Assembly: GCA_964016885.1 (NCBI GenBank)
Contig: OZ024741.1
Coordinates: 215,326,001-215,390,000 of the forward strand
Direction of reading: 5' to 3'
DNA: 64,000 nt
Source of the DNA: Eledone cirrhosa
Taxonomy: Eukaryota
Part shown: positions 26,756 to 41,455 of the stretch, piece after piece
How positions within the stretch are numbered: position 1 is the stretch's first letter
Layout: every line of letters starts with the position of its first letter
Notes under the pieces: generated by a model
What the model was told of the DNA's origin: nothing
What the model saw: only the letters and a program-made list of their open reading frames with translations
Databases searched by the model: none
Made by a program: the position numbers and the translations under genes

Positions 26756-26768
26756 CGTATATATATAT

Positions 26769-26827
<59 letters not shown>

Positions 26828-26899
26828 CATATATATATATATATATAATATCAACACATTGATATTATATATATATATATATATATATAATATCAACAC

Positions 26900-26991
<92 letters not shown>

Positions 26992-27022
26992 ATTTATATA
27001 TATATATATTTATATATATATA

Positions 27023-27073
<51 letters not shown>

Positions 27074-27074
<1 letters not shown>

Positions 27075-27411
27075 GGAGGCACATGGTTTAGTGGTTAGTG
27101 CATTGGCCTTGTAATCGAAAGGTTGTGAGTTCAATTCTCAGACCGGGTGATGTGTTGTTTCCTTGAGCAAGACACTTTATTTCACATTGCTCCAGTTTAC
27201 TCAGCTGTAGAAATGAGATGATAGGGACTGGGGTCCATATCATTCCACTGCAAAGTGGAGGTGCCACGGCAAAAAAGCACCCAGCACTCACTGTAAATCA
27301 GGTTGGTGTTAGGAAGGGCATCCAGCTGTAGAAATGAAGCCAGAATCAGTTCCCGTCCCACCCTTGCAAGCAGGGAAAAGCGGACGTAAAATGAAATGAA
27401 GATGATGATGA

Positions 27412-27415
<4 letters not shown>
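27074..27415 (+). mobile_element. Full-length tRNA-derived CORE-like SINE with (GAT)n tail
   Basis: A-box TGGTTTAGTGG, B-box GAGTTCAATTC, CCTTGAGCAAGACACTT core, AGGAAGGGCATCCAGC block, ..GCGGACGTAAAATGA.. tail. Confidence 0.8.
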
Positions 27416-27471
<56 letters not shown>

Positions 27472-27866
27472 GTATATATGTATATATGTAGTAAAAACAT
27501 AAACCATAACAAAGAGTGCAGTACGAACAGTGTTGGTAAATATATATATATATATAAAAACACTAACAACATAATTCTTGGAATAAAGAGAGAGACGTAA
27601 ATATTTCAGGATTTTATAGAGAACATAAACAAGAGAACAAAGGAATGTCGGACTGAAGGATTACAAGAATGTGATTAAATGGTGCTAACAGGAGGCATTG
27701 GTACAGATGTTAGAAACATTCTAACTGTTTTGTTACAAATATTCTTCATAAGTATTCCTTGCATACTATCTCTCCCTCTCTTTCTTGCTTTCTTTCTTTC
27801 ACCATTTCTCTCTGTATCTGGGATTCTCTCCCTCTCTTTCTTTCACCATTTGTCTCTGTATCTGTG

Positions 27867-27921
<55 letters not shown>

Positions 27922-27989
27922 TTTATTTCTGAATTTGTTTAGCAAGATTCTTTATCTGAAAACGTGCGTTGAAACCGATAGTGTATACT
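27922..27989 (-). mobile_element. Isolated pLTR tail of the 41181/48297 family inside microsatellite
   Basis: Matches ~41184-41250 (tttctgaatttgtttagcaagattctttatctgaaaacgtg). Confidence 0.75.
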
Positions 27990-27991
27990 AA

Positions 27992-28417
<426 letters not shown>

Positions 28418-28418
28418 C

Positions 28419-28544
<126 letters not shown>

Positions 28545-28637
28545 CCAGATGTATATATATATATACATATATATAGAGAAAGAGCTAGCTAGATAGATTT
28601 ATATATATACATACATGCATATATATATTTACACATT

Positions 28638-28673
<36 letters not shown>

Positions 28674-29283
28674 ACTTAGATATATTAAAGTAACTCACGG
28701 CATATTATGGGTGCCAAAATTTACTAAAAAATGATGTGACTAAACGCAATCTTCTTCATCAAAGACACTTTATATATCAAAGGTCTAGAATACATTTTGG
28801 ATACGAAGTCGTGCATTCTCATAAAACCATAAAACGTTTGCGAAGTACGATAAAAGACACGACGATTTTTTTTTTTTTGATCGAAAGCAAACATTTCCTT
28901 AACTTCATCATACGCATTCCTGGAGAATATGACATTTCAGTCTGGCACCAAACGAAAAGGAAAGTTGACATATTAGGTAGAAGATATATATAAATCGTTG
29001 ACCTGCAGACCATGTAAAACATGTCAGTGTGAAGTCGACTTCCTACGTATATATATTCATATATATATATATATATGTATACGTGGACACACACACACGC
29101 ACGCACACACGCACACACACACGCACACACACATACACACATATATGTATATTCAACTCAACATACTAGTACTGAGTACATTTTTCGCTTCTTTGCAATT
29201 TGAACTTAGGTGAACTCATAATTATCCTTTTATCTATCAATCTCTCTCTCAACAAACACACACACATACACACACGCGCACAC

Positions 29284-29346
<63 letters not shown>

Positions 29347-29516
29347 GGCATCCACTGTAAGTTGTGGGGTCTATTCTGTATGAATAACTCAATGTAATCC
29401 ATATGTTGAAAATGTTGTAGGTTAAGATAAATCTCAGAAAACAATAAAACATTAAAAGGAATGATATAAGTTAAAACAATGAAATAAAAAATCAAGTCAT
29501 TAGAGATATACTTCAC

Positions 29517-29648
29517 TGCTTTACGATCGTTTCTAGATGGTGATAATACATTGTATCTATACTCAGTTATTGATCTATGTAAGTTTACAATCTATCAGAT
29601 AGAGAAAATATTTACTTACATGCATATCACCAGCTATTTTCAAAAGCA
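29517..29648 (-). ncRNA. Type I hammerhead, U3-A8 variant, extended stem II
   Basis: Reverse-complement copy of 32945-33070. Confidence 0.75.
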
Positions 29649-30124
29649 ATAATAATTTTATTCAATAATAATTTTACTCAGAATTAGTATCATGTCCATA
29701 TTTGGAGGTAGTTGAAGAACTAACGAATCAAATTGTTTTTTTCATATGGTGTTAAGATGAAAAGTAATACACTTTAGTTGAGATCATGACCCTTTGAAAG
29801 GAATGGTTGAAACGTGTTAGTAGAAATGGCATAAAATCTATTAGGAAGGAAGGGGATTGTCAAACTGATAGTTGAATGTATCTTGTATAGTGAATTTAAA
29901 AGTAATGTCAAAATAAATGGTGATTAGTGTTGAGTTTTAAGGTGAATATAAATTAATGTTATGGCTAGGAAAGATAGTATATTAAAAGATGAAAATTATA
30001 ATAAGATAATGTGATATAGTAATGCGATAATATACAACTTAACCAACAGAATATAGTACGGTGTGGTAAATTGCACTCAGTATAAAATAACATATTATAC
30101 GCTCTAAAATATTACTAAGTATGT

Positions 30125-30284
30125 TTATTCATAAACAATCAAACTCAGATAAGTACATGTTGGCATAGGAGAGATCTTGGAAATTACTAAATCTAAGGAC
30201 GATTTATTAAATAAAAGACAGGAATTGATCATAGTATGTAATCACCGTATACGAAAAACATTTAAATACTATAAACCTAATTAA
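30125..30284 (+). pseudogene. PLE GIY-YIG C-terminus remnant
   Basis: EILEITKSKDDLLNKRQELIIVCNHRIRKTFKYYKPN*, homologous to the end of ORF 58383-59885. Confidence 0.85.
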
Positions 30285-30538
30285 ATACTATAAACCTAAT
30301 TAAATATTCAAAATAGCAACTCACTATAATTCCGTATAGAATAACATTTATTAGTACCTCTTTCCCATAAGTATATGCTTTCATGCTTATTTTTGCCTTT
30401 TAATGTTTTAGCTTCCTTAGATTTATGCGTTAATGACTAAAGGCAACAAGATACACAGTCACCCGTAATTGCATGAGGGAAAATAAACATCTATGTATGA
30501 TATGGAAATATATTTATGTGTGTATATATTTGTATATT

Positions 30539-30592
<54 letters not shown>

Positions 30593-30760
30593 TATGTATG
30601 TGTATATGTGTATATATGTATATACTTGTGTATGTATGTGTATGTGTGTATGTATGTATATGTATATGTATATGTATATATATGTGTATATATATATATA
30701 TATGGTGTATATATATATGTGTATATATATATATATGTATGTGTGTATATGTGTATAAAA

Positions 30761-30800
<40 letters not shown>

Positions 30801-30901
30801 TTGTGTGTGTGTTTGTGTGTGTGTATATGTGAGTATAGGTGTATGAATATTTATATATGAGTATGTGCACATGTAAGAGGAGTGTACATATGCTCACACA
30901 A

Positions 30902-30949
<48 letters not shown>

Positions 30950-31027
30950 GTGTGTGTGTGTGTTGTATATGTATATATATATATATGTGTATGTATATAT
31001 ATATGTATATATATGTATATGTGTATG

Positions 31028-31061
<34 letters not shown>

Positions 31062-31125
31062 TGTATGTATGTATGTATGTATGTATGTACGTGTGTGTCT
31101 ATATGTATGTACATGTATATATGTA

Positions 31126-31175
<50 letters not shown>

Positions 31176-31361
31176 GATAAATCTACCAAAATATACGGTA
31201 GTGTCCAATCCGTATGAAGAACTCAATGTAATCCAAATATCATGAAAAGAGAAGATGTATTCAAAATTTTTTCGATGAAATACACAGGAAAACAAAGTCA
31301 AGATAAATTAATAAAAGTAATGAATAAAAACAAAGAAACAGTTCCTTATGTTAAATAATTC

Positions 31362-31495
31362 ATCATTTTACGATCGTTTCTAGGATATATATGTGTGTGT
31401 TGGTATGTATATCATATAGATCTATGTAAAAGTTTTACAAACTATCAGAGGGAATATACATACCTACATATATATATGCTGTCTTCAGAAATAAT
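31362..31495 (-). ncRNA. Type I hammerhead with extended stem II
   Basis: attattt CTGAAGA cagc atatatat..atatatat ccta GAAA cgatcg TA aaatgat. Confidence 0.78.
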
Positions 31496-31759
31496 TGTTT
31501 CTACTTTAAGGCACAAGGCCAGCAATTATCCAGTGCATTACTGGTACTTTATTTTATCGACCCCGTAAAGATGAAAGGCAAAGTCAACCTCGGCGGGATT
31601 TGAACTCAGATCGTAAAGGGACGTAACTATGCTGGAAAGAATGGCGTCCGACCCTCTACCGATACTGCCAATCCACCGCTGTCTTCAGAAATAATTGTTT
31701 CTACTTTAGGCACAAGGCCAGCAATTACCCAGTGCATTACTGGTACTTTATTTTATCGA
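31494..31759 (-). mobile_element. Meta-like SINE (31494-31680) plus partial second copy (31694-31759)
   Basis: Reverse complement of the 15854 family; separated by repeats of (gctg)tcttcagaaataat at 31478, 31678 and 31760. Confidence 0.85.
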
Positions 31760-32106
31760 TCTTCAGAAATAATGATATTTGTTTATTGAAAAAAACAACA
31801 AATATTTAATATAATAGGTCTGTTTGGGAACAGGTTTTGAATTGACCAATAGAAAAGTAGTAAGTGGTCAAGTTGATATAATAGTAGTAGTAGAGATATA
31901 AATTAGGGGTAGAGGAATGCAAACTTCAGTTTTGAATGGAAAGAGTATTTTGAATGAAAGGATTACTTTGGGGATGAAAATAGGTCAAGCCGGTGAAAGG
32001 TAGACGAAAATTTGATGTTATTAAAGAATAATGCTAATGTTAAAATCTAAGGAGAATAAAATTTTACTATAAATGTGTTAGTGAAAAAAAAACAAAAAAA
32101 AACATA

Positions 32107-32184
<78 letters not shown>

Positions 32185-32944
32185 ATGTATATGTATATGT
32201 ATATATGGGGGTATAGATGTGTATGTGTGGATATAGATATGTGTGGATATAGATATGTATGGATATGTATATATATGATTATATGCATGCGTGTGGATGT
32301 GTATTTACGTTTGCATCTATTTGCACGTATGTATATTTTGGTTAGATATCAATATAACTGTACCTCTCTCTATATGTAGTGTGAATATATGCACTTTGTA
32401 GACTATGAAATTTATGTGTTTTAAATATGCCAACATGTACTCATCTGAGTTTGATTGTTTATGCATCCACATACTTAGTAATATTTTAGAGCGTAAAATA
32501 TTTTATATTATACTGAGTGCAATTTACCACACCGTACTATATTCTGTTGGTTATGTTGTATATTATCGCATTACTATATCACATTATCTTATTATAATAT
32601 TCATCTTTTAATATACTATCTTTCCTAGTCATAACATTAATTTATATTCACCTTAAAACTCAACACTAATCACCATTTATTTTGACATTCCTTTTAAATT
32701 CACTATACAAGATACATTCAACTATCAGTTTGACAATCCCCTTCCTTCCTAATAGATTTTATGCCATTTCTACTAACACCTTTCAACCATTCCTTTCAAA
32801 GGGTCATGACCTCAACTAAAGTGTATTACTTTTCATCTAAACACCATATGAAAAAAACAATTTGATTCGTTAGTTCTTCAATTACCTCCAAATATGGACA
32901 TGATACTAATTCTGAGGAAAATTATTATTGAATAAAATTATAAT

Positions 32945-33070
32945 TGCTTTTGAAAACAGCTGGTGATATGCATGTAAGTAAATATTCTCTCTATCTGATA
33001 GTTTGTAAACTTACATATAACTGAGTATAGATACAATGTATTATCACCATCTAGAAACGATCGTAAAGCA
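32945..33070 (+). ncRNA. Type I hammerhead, U3-A8 variant, extended stem II
   Basis: tgctt TTGAAAA cagc tggtgata..tatcacca tcta GAAA cgatcg TA aagca. Confidence 0.78.
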
Positions 33071-33116
33071 GTGAAGTATATCTCTAATGACTTGATTTTT
33101 TATTTCATTGTTTTAA

Positions 33117-33192
<76 letters not shown>

Positions 33193-33809
33193 GCACGTGT
33201 GTATGCGTGTGTGTATGTGTGTGTATAGGTAGGTAGGTAGGTAGGTATGCATGTATGAAAAACGTACACATAATAAACACGGCAAACTACAGAGTACAAT
33301 GACGAAATATATTAGTTTAACGCTTGAAATAATAAGAAAAAGTCATATATCTGTGTCACTTTGTATGTATGTTCGTGAGATTGTGTTGTTTAATGTCAAC
33401 AGTTTCTAAAAAATAGATAAAGAGCAAATATCACTCTATATTTTGTACAGAGCTAGAACATTATTATTACCAATTGCTCAAAACTTGTTTGCTACCTATG
33501 GTTTCAAAGGCTACTCCGGCATAGGTTATATAATTGAGACATGATCCATGCTGGTTACTGCTTATCATTCAGGCAAAACATAAAATAGCCGGCGTCACTT
33601 TGTATGAGATATCGTAAGGTGAAAAGCTGGTAATAAAGTAGGTGCTTTTGTTATTCAAGGGGAGTAACTAGTTTGTCTGTATGTTGATATTTTTCAATGT
33701 AACTATAATTTTTAATGTGTATGTGTTATGAGTACGTGCGTTTATACGTGTTTATCTGTGTGTGTGTATTGTAGGAGTTCTGTTTTTATTGGAGTGTGGT
33801 GTAATGTTC

Positions 33810-34800
33810 AATGACAAACCGAGTATGAGAACCTAAAGCTAAAGGGACATAGTTCACGATTAAATTGAGTATCTAAGACAAATCCGGCCCTTATGTCAAT
33901 GGAACTAAGGTGTTCACTTTGCCTAAAGAAAACAATCAGAATATTACAGGATTTGAAATCCTCTAATAAATACCTGAACATAAAAATGAAATATTGAGAG
34001 GGTACTCGCTCCTAAATTAATAGTTCTTGTCAGCATGGAAGAGAAGTATACGTGCTCAGACACAAAACATACTACGAATTAACATCATCCTTAATCCTCT
34101 AAGACGGCCTCCTGCCCATATACATATCAAACTTCACCTTAATATGGTTTAAATACAATAACCTATATATAAATATAATAATAATAATAATAATAGATGT
34201 GAAGACTAAAATCAGCGGTTCTTTGCTTAAACGTTAATCTGTTATTTTAATAAATATATTTATATATATTTATATATTTACGATCATCCACGATATATAT
34301 ATATACGATTATCAAACGAAACTCGCGAGTCACGTATAATCCCTCAAGGACTAAAGTATAGACTGCTCCATTCAAAGGAAAGCCATCAAAAAGTCCAAGC
34401 CATACGCAAGGGGCAATCCGTCATGCGGTCTATGTATTGATGAACGAATAAATATTCTAAAGAGATTACGCAATAGCGATTGCCTAAACTCAAGGAATTA
34501 ATTCTTGACACATTGTCCACACGTCTGAAAACACCTCTTACATAACTACAAATCTCCGGATTGAATTACAACATCCTAATGTTCTTATCAACTAGAAACT
34601 TTCGGACTTTCGCAGTTATCTACCTTACACCTCTCGCACGCAATTTTGTATTGCCTGGGTGAAGTGAACATTTCTGCGCATGAGCGTTCATAAGGTTGTC
34701 CTTCCTGTTCTGTATAACCATGTGTATTACGAGCTGAAGATCCGCTAAGGTGAAACAATTGTTCTCGGTATGGTAAACTAACTGTTGTGTAACCACTTCT
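33810..34800 (+). mobile_element. Old PLE 3' fragment (GIY-YIG remnant, 3' UTR, pLTR) ending in (TA)n
   Basis: Degenerate PYVNGTK..SLCLK..RS.INSSCQH at ~33885-34040, followed by a hammerhead at 34730. Confidence 0.6.
34730..34767 (+). ncRNA. Minimal type I hammerhead ribozyme
   Basis: cgag CTGAAGA t cc-gctaa-gg t GAAA caattg TT ctcg. Confidence 0.8.
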
Positions 34801-35282
34801 ATATATATATATATATACACACACACATTTATATATATATATATATATAACATACACCTGAATGCACACACACACACACACACATCCACACACAAACACA
34901 CATACACAAACAGGTTTTTACACAATACTACATCTTAATAGACATCACCCACACCTTAATAAAAACATACTTTTACTACACATAAATACATAAATATATA
35001 CACTAAACACACATACACCTAACACAAACATTTTAATAATTGTAATTACATTCCAATTTATAGACATTCAGGCACGCGAAACACTCCTCTAAATGAGAAA
35101 AACATCTACTTTATTATTCCCCTTTAACCTTACGAGATCTCATATAAATTAACGTCGGCCATCTTTGTTGTCGGAACGAGAAGCAACAATTAACATGGAT
35201 CGTGTCTCCATGACCTACGCAGGTGTGGGCTTTGAAGCTTTAGATAGAAAGCAACTGTGCTGCCTAATTATCAACGATATAT

Positions 35283-35403
<121 letters not shown>

Positions 35404-36086
35404 TATATGTATGCATGCATATGTATGATGGAGTGTTTCTGTTTACATGCATTCAAATATACACACACACATATGCATATATGCATATATATATATATAT
35501 ATGTATGTATGTATGGATGGATGGATGTATGTAGCAAATCTATTTAGAGCATATATGTTTTAGACATAGAAATCTGGCAAATAACAGAAGCAAACCTATT
35601 TATGTTATGTATTCAATATTCGGTATATCTTCTGTCATATGTATAAACCAATTTTTAAACTGTTTAAATCAGTATATTTCTACATATATCTATATATATA
35701 TATATCTTTATATTCCTATATATTTCTATATATTCCTATATATTCCTATATATTTCTATATATTCCTATATATACCTATATGTTTCTATATGTTTCTAAA
35801 ATTCTAATTACAAACACGATAACGTTACTTAACAGAACAAAACAACAAGAGGTTATGGCGAAATGTAAAAATATGCTGTTGTATATTGAAATGATTTCTT
35901 AGCGTTTATGGATTTAAAGACTAATTAACGTGACATCCGGTAGAGAGGTAGGGGAAGTAAATCTGATGTTGAAAAGTTGAAAATGATAGAGAGAATAAGA
36001 GAAAAGGGGGGAATGAGAGAGAGAGAGAGCGAGAAATATGGAGGTTGTGAGCGTAATAAAGTAAAATAACAAGCAAAGTAATGAAG

Positions 36087-36151
<65 letters not shown>

Positions 36152-36273
36152 AGTAATATTAATAATAATAGTAACAATAATAAACTATGACAAGTGTATG
36201 GAATTAAAAGGAATTGGATTATAAACAAAATTGGATCAATTAAGCTGGAAATAGGAAAAAATGTAACATTAAG

Positions 36274-36318
<45 letters not shown>

Positions 36319-36320
36319 AA

Positions 36321-36366
<46 letters not shown>

Positions 36367-36406
36367 GCACATACATATAGATATATATATACACACATAT
36401 ACATAC

Positions 36407-36621
<215 letters not shown>

Positions 36622-36714
36622 CATACATATATATAATCATATATTGGAATATAAATATAAATATATATTTGTGTGTATGTATGTGTGTGCGTGTGTATGT
36701 GGTTATGTGATAGC

Positions 36715-36748
<34 letters not shown>

Positions 36749-37339
36749 GTGTGTGTGTGTGAGTATGTGGTTATGTGATAGTGTGTATTTCCTTGTTGAC
36801 TTTGGAAATATCAGCAAAAGTAAGTAATTATGAAGTCAGATGAAATAAAAGAGAAAATATACTCGTTGCGTGATCTTAATTAACAGGTTGTCATTAGATC
36901 TCCATCTTAGAGACACCAGATCGGTTCAGTTAGTTCACAAACATATTAAACAGCCTGGCTTACAAGTTAGGCTGCTGCTTGACTCGCAGTCATGCTTTTC
37001 GTCTGTGCGAATCCCCGAGCTGTGTTTAATTTACGGTGTTCCTCTCCGCTCAGCTGCAAAAGAAGTGTGGTCCTTGTGATTCAGATGGGCCAGTTTTCTG
37101 GTATATCGAATCTTAATGAAATATAATTTTACCTTCATGAAAAGTTCTACCTTCACCATGAGTTGCTCCTTGAGCCACCAATATACTTTATTTCCCATTT
37201 ATTCAGTCTGTTCAGCTGTTAAAAGGGTATGGTACCTGTAATTCAAAAAACCCGTTCTCAATTTCACACATTGGATCTCACAGATATATTTTTATATTAT
37301 TGAAAGTATTTCTTCGACCGTGAGTCTAAAACACTAACA

Positions 37340-37560
37340 ACTAAAGGCCATGAAGATGCATGGTTTTAGACCAGGGGCCGTGAAGATGTGTGTTTTAGAC
37401 GACTAACCACTGAACCATAGGCCGTGAAGATGTTTTATTTAGACCACTAAACCAGGGGCCTTGAAGATGTATGGTTTAGACCACTAACCACCAAACCATG
37501 GGTCGTGAAGATGCATGGTTTAGTGTTTAGTGTGTTCGGCTCACGGCTGTGAGTTGATGC
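37340..37560 (+). repeat. Minisatellite of SINE-head-like units (ggccgtgaagatg..tttagaccactaacca)
   Basis: About five degenerate units leading into a decayed SINE head. Confidence 0.6.
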
Positions 37561-37647
37561 TTACTCAATTCTACTCCGATAGTAAAAAGGAGTGGTATCT
37601 GTAATTAAAGCGGTCAGCTTTATGCCATGATGATTCTCATTGAAATA

Positions 37648-37843
37648 TACGAAGGCCGGCTAAAAAGTTCATACGTTGACCAATGTACTCTCATGGAATG
37701 AATAAATGAGGTTTATCTTTCAACATAGACTCTGGAAAGAAACAATACAGTTATTAATAAGAGTTGAAATTAATTCATGCAAGATTTTACAGCTCTAGCA
37801 TCACTCCTTTATAGTCAGCCTACTTTTTTACATTGTTCCTGTC
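37648..37843 (+). mobile_element. Possible mariner-derived MITE relic
   Basis: Starts TACGAAGGCCGGCTAAAAAGTTC, resembling a mariner TIR; right end is degenerate. Confidence 0.35.
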
Positions 37844-38095
37844 CTCTCCGCTTGTTACAATGAGTGAGTGATACCTGTAATACCCAAGGCCAGCTTTACG
37901 GCATATTGATTCTCATAGAAATATATAAGGTCTGCCATACTCTTGCTTATGTTATCAGCTTATATGTATCTGTGATCATGCATGGTTTAGGGGCTAGTAT
38001 CTTCGGATCACGGCTCTGTGGTTCTCCTTGAACAAGACCCTTTATTTCATATTGCTTGTCCATTCAGCTGGCAAAAATGTGTCGTTGTTTTGCTG

Positions 38096-38099
38096 CTAC

Positions 38100-38145
<46 letters not shown>

Positions 38146-38252
38146 CTTCTTCTTCTTCTTCTTCTTCTTCTTCTTCTTCTTCTTCTTCTTCTTCTTCTTC
38201 TTCTTCTTCTTCTTCTTCTTCTTCTTCTTCTTCTTCTTCTTCACCTCCTCCT
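38096..38252 (+). repeat. Compound (GTT)n(CTT)n microsatellite
   Basis: Direct reading. Confidence 0.95.
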
Positions 38253-38339
38253 CCTTTCAAGGGTCGAGAGACAGACTCAGCTAGTCCTATCAAAAGCAAC
38301 CGTCTCCAATTCATCCGGTTAGATCTCGAAACAAAACCA

Positions 38340-38990
38340 ACCGAGGTCGATCATAATGTTGTGAGTTCAATTCTTGGGATGGATGGAGCATGTGTTCTTG
38401 AATAAAACACCTCATTTCACGTTGCTCCATAGCTAAAAGTGAGTATCAACAGTAGCTGGGAGTTTCACCCAGCGATGGACTGGTGTCCCATCTAAGTGAT
38501 AAGGTTTGTCCTCTCAGTCGCATAATGCCAAATATAAATTATACATATAATTAAAATGTTTTGACAGGTGTCTCACTGCGATACATTTTAAACAATTTGA
38601 AACGCTCTTCCTTGACAATATTCCTTGTTATATTATCAGCATATATGGATCTTTGAAGGCTCGTGTCATAAGGTTTAGTGTACTCGGCTGAGGATCGCAC
38701 CGTCCTGAGTTCGATTCCCAATGACACAATAAATTATTTCTGTGACTTTAACATTTTACTTCTACCTATTTCGCTTCAATTTCAATGGAGAAAATATAAT
38801 CAAATTTAGACTGCGAAAGCTTCCGGTTAATTATTAGACAAATAAAATACTGTTGTTGGGAAAGTACGTGACTTGGTAGCTAGGGATGATTGGTGCAGGA
38901 TCTTAGAAGAATGTGTTCGATTTCCGTGACGCAGGGTGGGGTGAGCGACACATGATCTTGAGCAACATATTTTATTTCACGTTACTGTAG
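38340..38990 (+). mobile_element. Cluster of decayed CORE-like SINE copies
   Basis: Repeated B-box-like and CTTGA.CAA.ACA..T.ATTTCACGTT.CT motifs near 38360, 38700 and 38910; another near 38000. Confidence 0.55.
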
Positions 38991-39292
38991 CAGTCATTTC
39001 AGCGCACGGAGGTTCATTGACGAGAATTTAGGTAACGAAATCTTCAAGCTTGTCACAAAAGAATGACAAAAGTGAAAGGGAAATTATCACAGACAGGATT
39101 CGATAATTCCAGAGCAGGAAATCAGGGTGTAGTCCTAGCTTATCAGGAAATATGTCGGTGGCTTTGCATTTGAGTGAAGGAAACATTTCTCATAATGTTA
39201 ATATATATTGTCTATTTGCTCTTCACATTTATAATTGTTATATATCTATATATATTGAATTTTGCCGATTGGTCTCTGAATCAAAAATACAA

Positions 39293-39336
<44 letters not shown>

Positions 39337-40034
39337 TTTTATTTTTGATTCAGAGACAAATCTTCACAAATTTTTAGGCTAGTGGAAATGAGATTGTTTT
39401 TCTCCAGGGTATTAACAGTGTAACGGAAGTTAATCGAACATTGCTGATCTGTCAGTATATTGGGAATTCCCATTATCAATAGAGCGGATAAATTCAACCA
39501 TCTGGACAGCATTATATCACTCATAGACCTGCTGCTTTGACCGTTCAACTAATTTTGGTATTGGTTGGGGGTGAGGATGTTGGGCTGAAGCAATTCTATT
39601 ATGTCACTCTGTAGAATTGACATATGTCTGTTCCAGTAAAATTCTTCTTCTCTCCCCAACCCCTCCACATTCTCTCTTATTCTCATCTTTCTCCCTTTTT
39701 CTCTCTTTCTCTCCCCTTCTCAGCACCATTATCTGTCTCTCTTTCTAATATTTGATACAATGGTTTCTAATTAGACACAGGGCCAGTAATTATTGAAATA
39801 GAGAGAGAGAGGGAGGGGGAGGGGTGAGAGTTAGAGGGAGAGAGAGTGTATGAAAAAGTATATTTTATTGACCCCAGTTTTTAACTGATATTTGTTAATG
39901 GAATAATGACATACACATTTGATTTCGGGCGGGAAATGAACTTAGAATGTAAAGACTTAGAACAAGCACCGCAAATCCGTTTTTGTCAACTAACCTCAAT
40001 AATGATTCAGCAAATGGAAGAGAAAGAGAAATCG

Positions 40035-40405
40035 TCTTCAGTACATTACTGGTACTTCATTTTATCGACCACGTAAAATGAAACGCGAATCTAACCTGAG
40101 CGGATTTGAACTCAGAACCTAAATTGCTAGGATAAATTCCATACACGCTTTAACAATGCTGTCAATATACTGCCTTTTAAATATTTAATACTGCGGTGGA
40201 TTGGCAGTATCGGTAGAGCGTCAGACACCATGCTTTGCAGCATAGAGTTACAGCCCTTTACGGTCTGAGTTCAAATCCCGCCGAGGTTAACTTTGCCTTC
40301 CATCCTTGTAGGGTCGATAAAATAAAGCACCAGTAACGTACTGGGGTCGATTTAATCGACTTTCCCTCCCCACAAATTACTGGTCTTGTGCCCAATTTAG
40401 AAAAT
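40035..40405. mobile_element. Head-to-head Meta-like SINEs (decayed minus copy 40035-40175; plus copy 40193-40405)
   Basis: Matches to the 15854 family on both strands. Confidence 0.75.
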
Positions 40406-41377
40406 CAATATTAATCCTAAATCTTGTACGGAGTCTACTCCCAACCTCTAGCATAAACCTTTCGAAATGTCATTGTTACTTATTGTGTTATACGAGGAAT
40501 TTAGTCAATGGTGGTGTGGTTGGCTGAGGGTACAGTGCATATGATATTTTCCAGGACATACAAAACTTGATGGGTTGGATGGTGAGCTGTATTTTCAAAC
40601 ATGCCTCTTGTTCCAAAGCCTTGCTTACGGAACGATCCCCACTAAACCCACACAAAATTCAGGTGGTCGTGTTAAACATGCTGACAAATGAAGTCTAAAA
40701 ATGAAGTAGAACAGATCGGTATTTGAACTCAGAAGGCCATGAGTCGGAACAAATATGGCTAGCCATATCGTCTGATGCTCGAAAACTTCCGGCAATCTCC
40801 AGCTCAGGGCAGGTATCTTATACGTTCTAGTGATTCATTAGAAGTTATTACTTGTGAGTGATATTTGGCAGACGGAAACTCTGCGGAGGCCCATTGAAGC
40901 GATTGTACATGTAGTTTAATAAGCCCATCCTATCAAAATATTGCAACACGATCTTTGACCAAAGCGAGTATTTGCTTTATTAGATGATTATTTCTGCACA
41001 GAATCTGAGCGAACACAAGCTTTGCTGACAAATAGTATCTATGTTGTAAGAAAATGGATTAAGAAACATGTACAACTACTGTATAATATTACTATTAAAT
41101 ACTGTTCTTCCTCACTTACGTCAGATATACTCAATCGATAACAACCCAAATTGAGTATATATATATATATATATATATATTTCGTTTCTGAATTTGTTTA
41201 GCAAGATTCTTTATCTGAAAACGTGTATTGAAACCGATATTGTTATACTTTGGGAGGGTCATGTTGCCAATAAGAAACACACGCACCAGTTGCTTTCACT
41301 CCAATTTATTATAAATTTAAATTTTTTTATAAATTTCCGGTTGGTTGGTTCCACAACCGGGCGGATGTTCATATATT

Positions 41378-41420
41378 GTCAAAGTTCTTTCGTCACACAT
41401 TCTGTGACCTCATCAGTGAC
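41378..41420 (-). ncRNA. Minimal type I hammerhead ribozyme
   Basis: gtca CTGATGA ggtcacagaatgtgtgac GAAA gaac TT tgac. Confidence 0.75.
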
Positions 41421-41455
41421 CAGGAAGAGGCACAAAACAAAGAAAAGAATCCCTG

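Larger units (their letters stand above)
31173..32095 (-). mobile_element. Nested PLE 3' end/pLTR (family of 52892-53300) inserted in (TA)n
   Basis: gtagataaatctaccaa..cggtagtgtccaatccgtatgaagaactcaatgta matches 52892 onward; the right boundary is approximate. Confidence 0.75.
29342..33123 (+). mobile_element. 5'-truncated PLE with inverted arms (29464-30124 / 32469-33123) and tail 29342-29463
   Basis: GIY-YIG C-terminal remnant starts at the left-arm junction; ~660-bp arms are reverse complements; (TA)n at both ends. Confidence 0.85.

Noticed and set aside
37340-37520. CRISPR-like repeat-spacer array
   Set aside because: Units are degenerate with no unique spacers, in a eukaryotic context with no cas genes.
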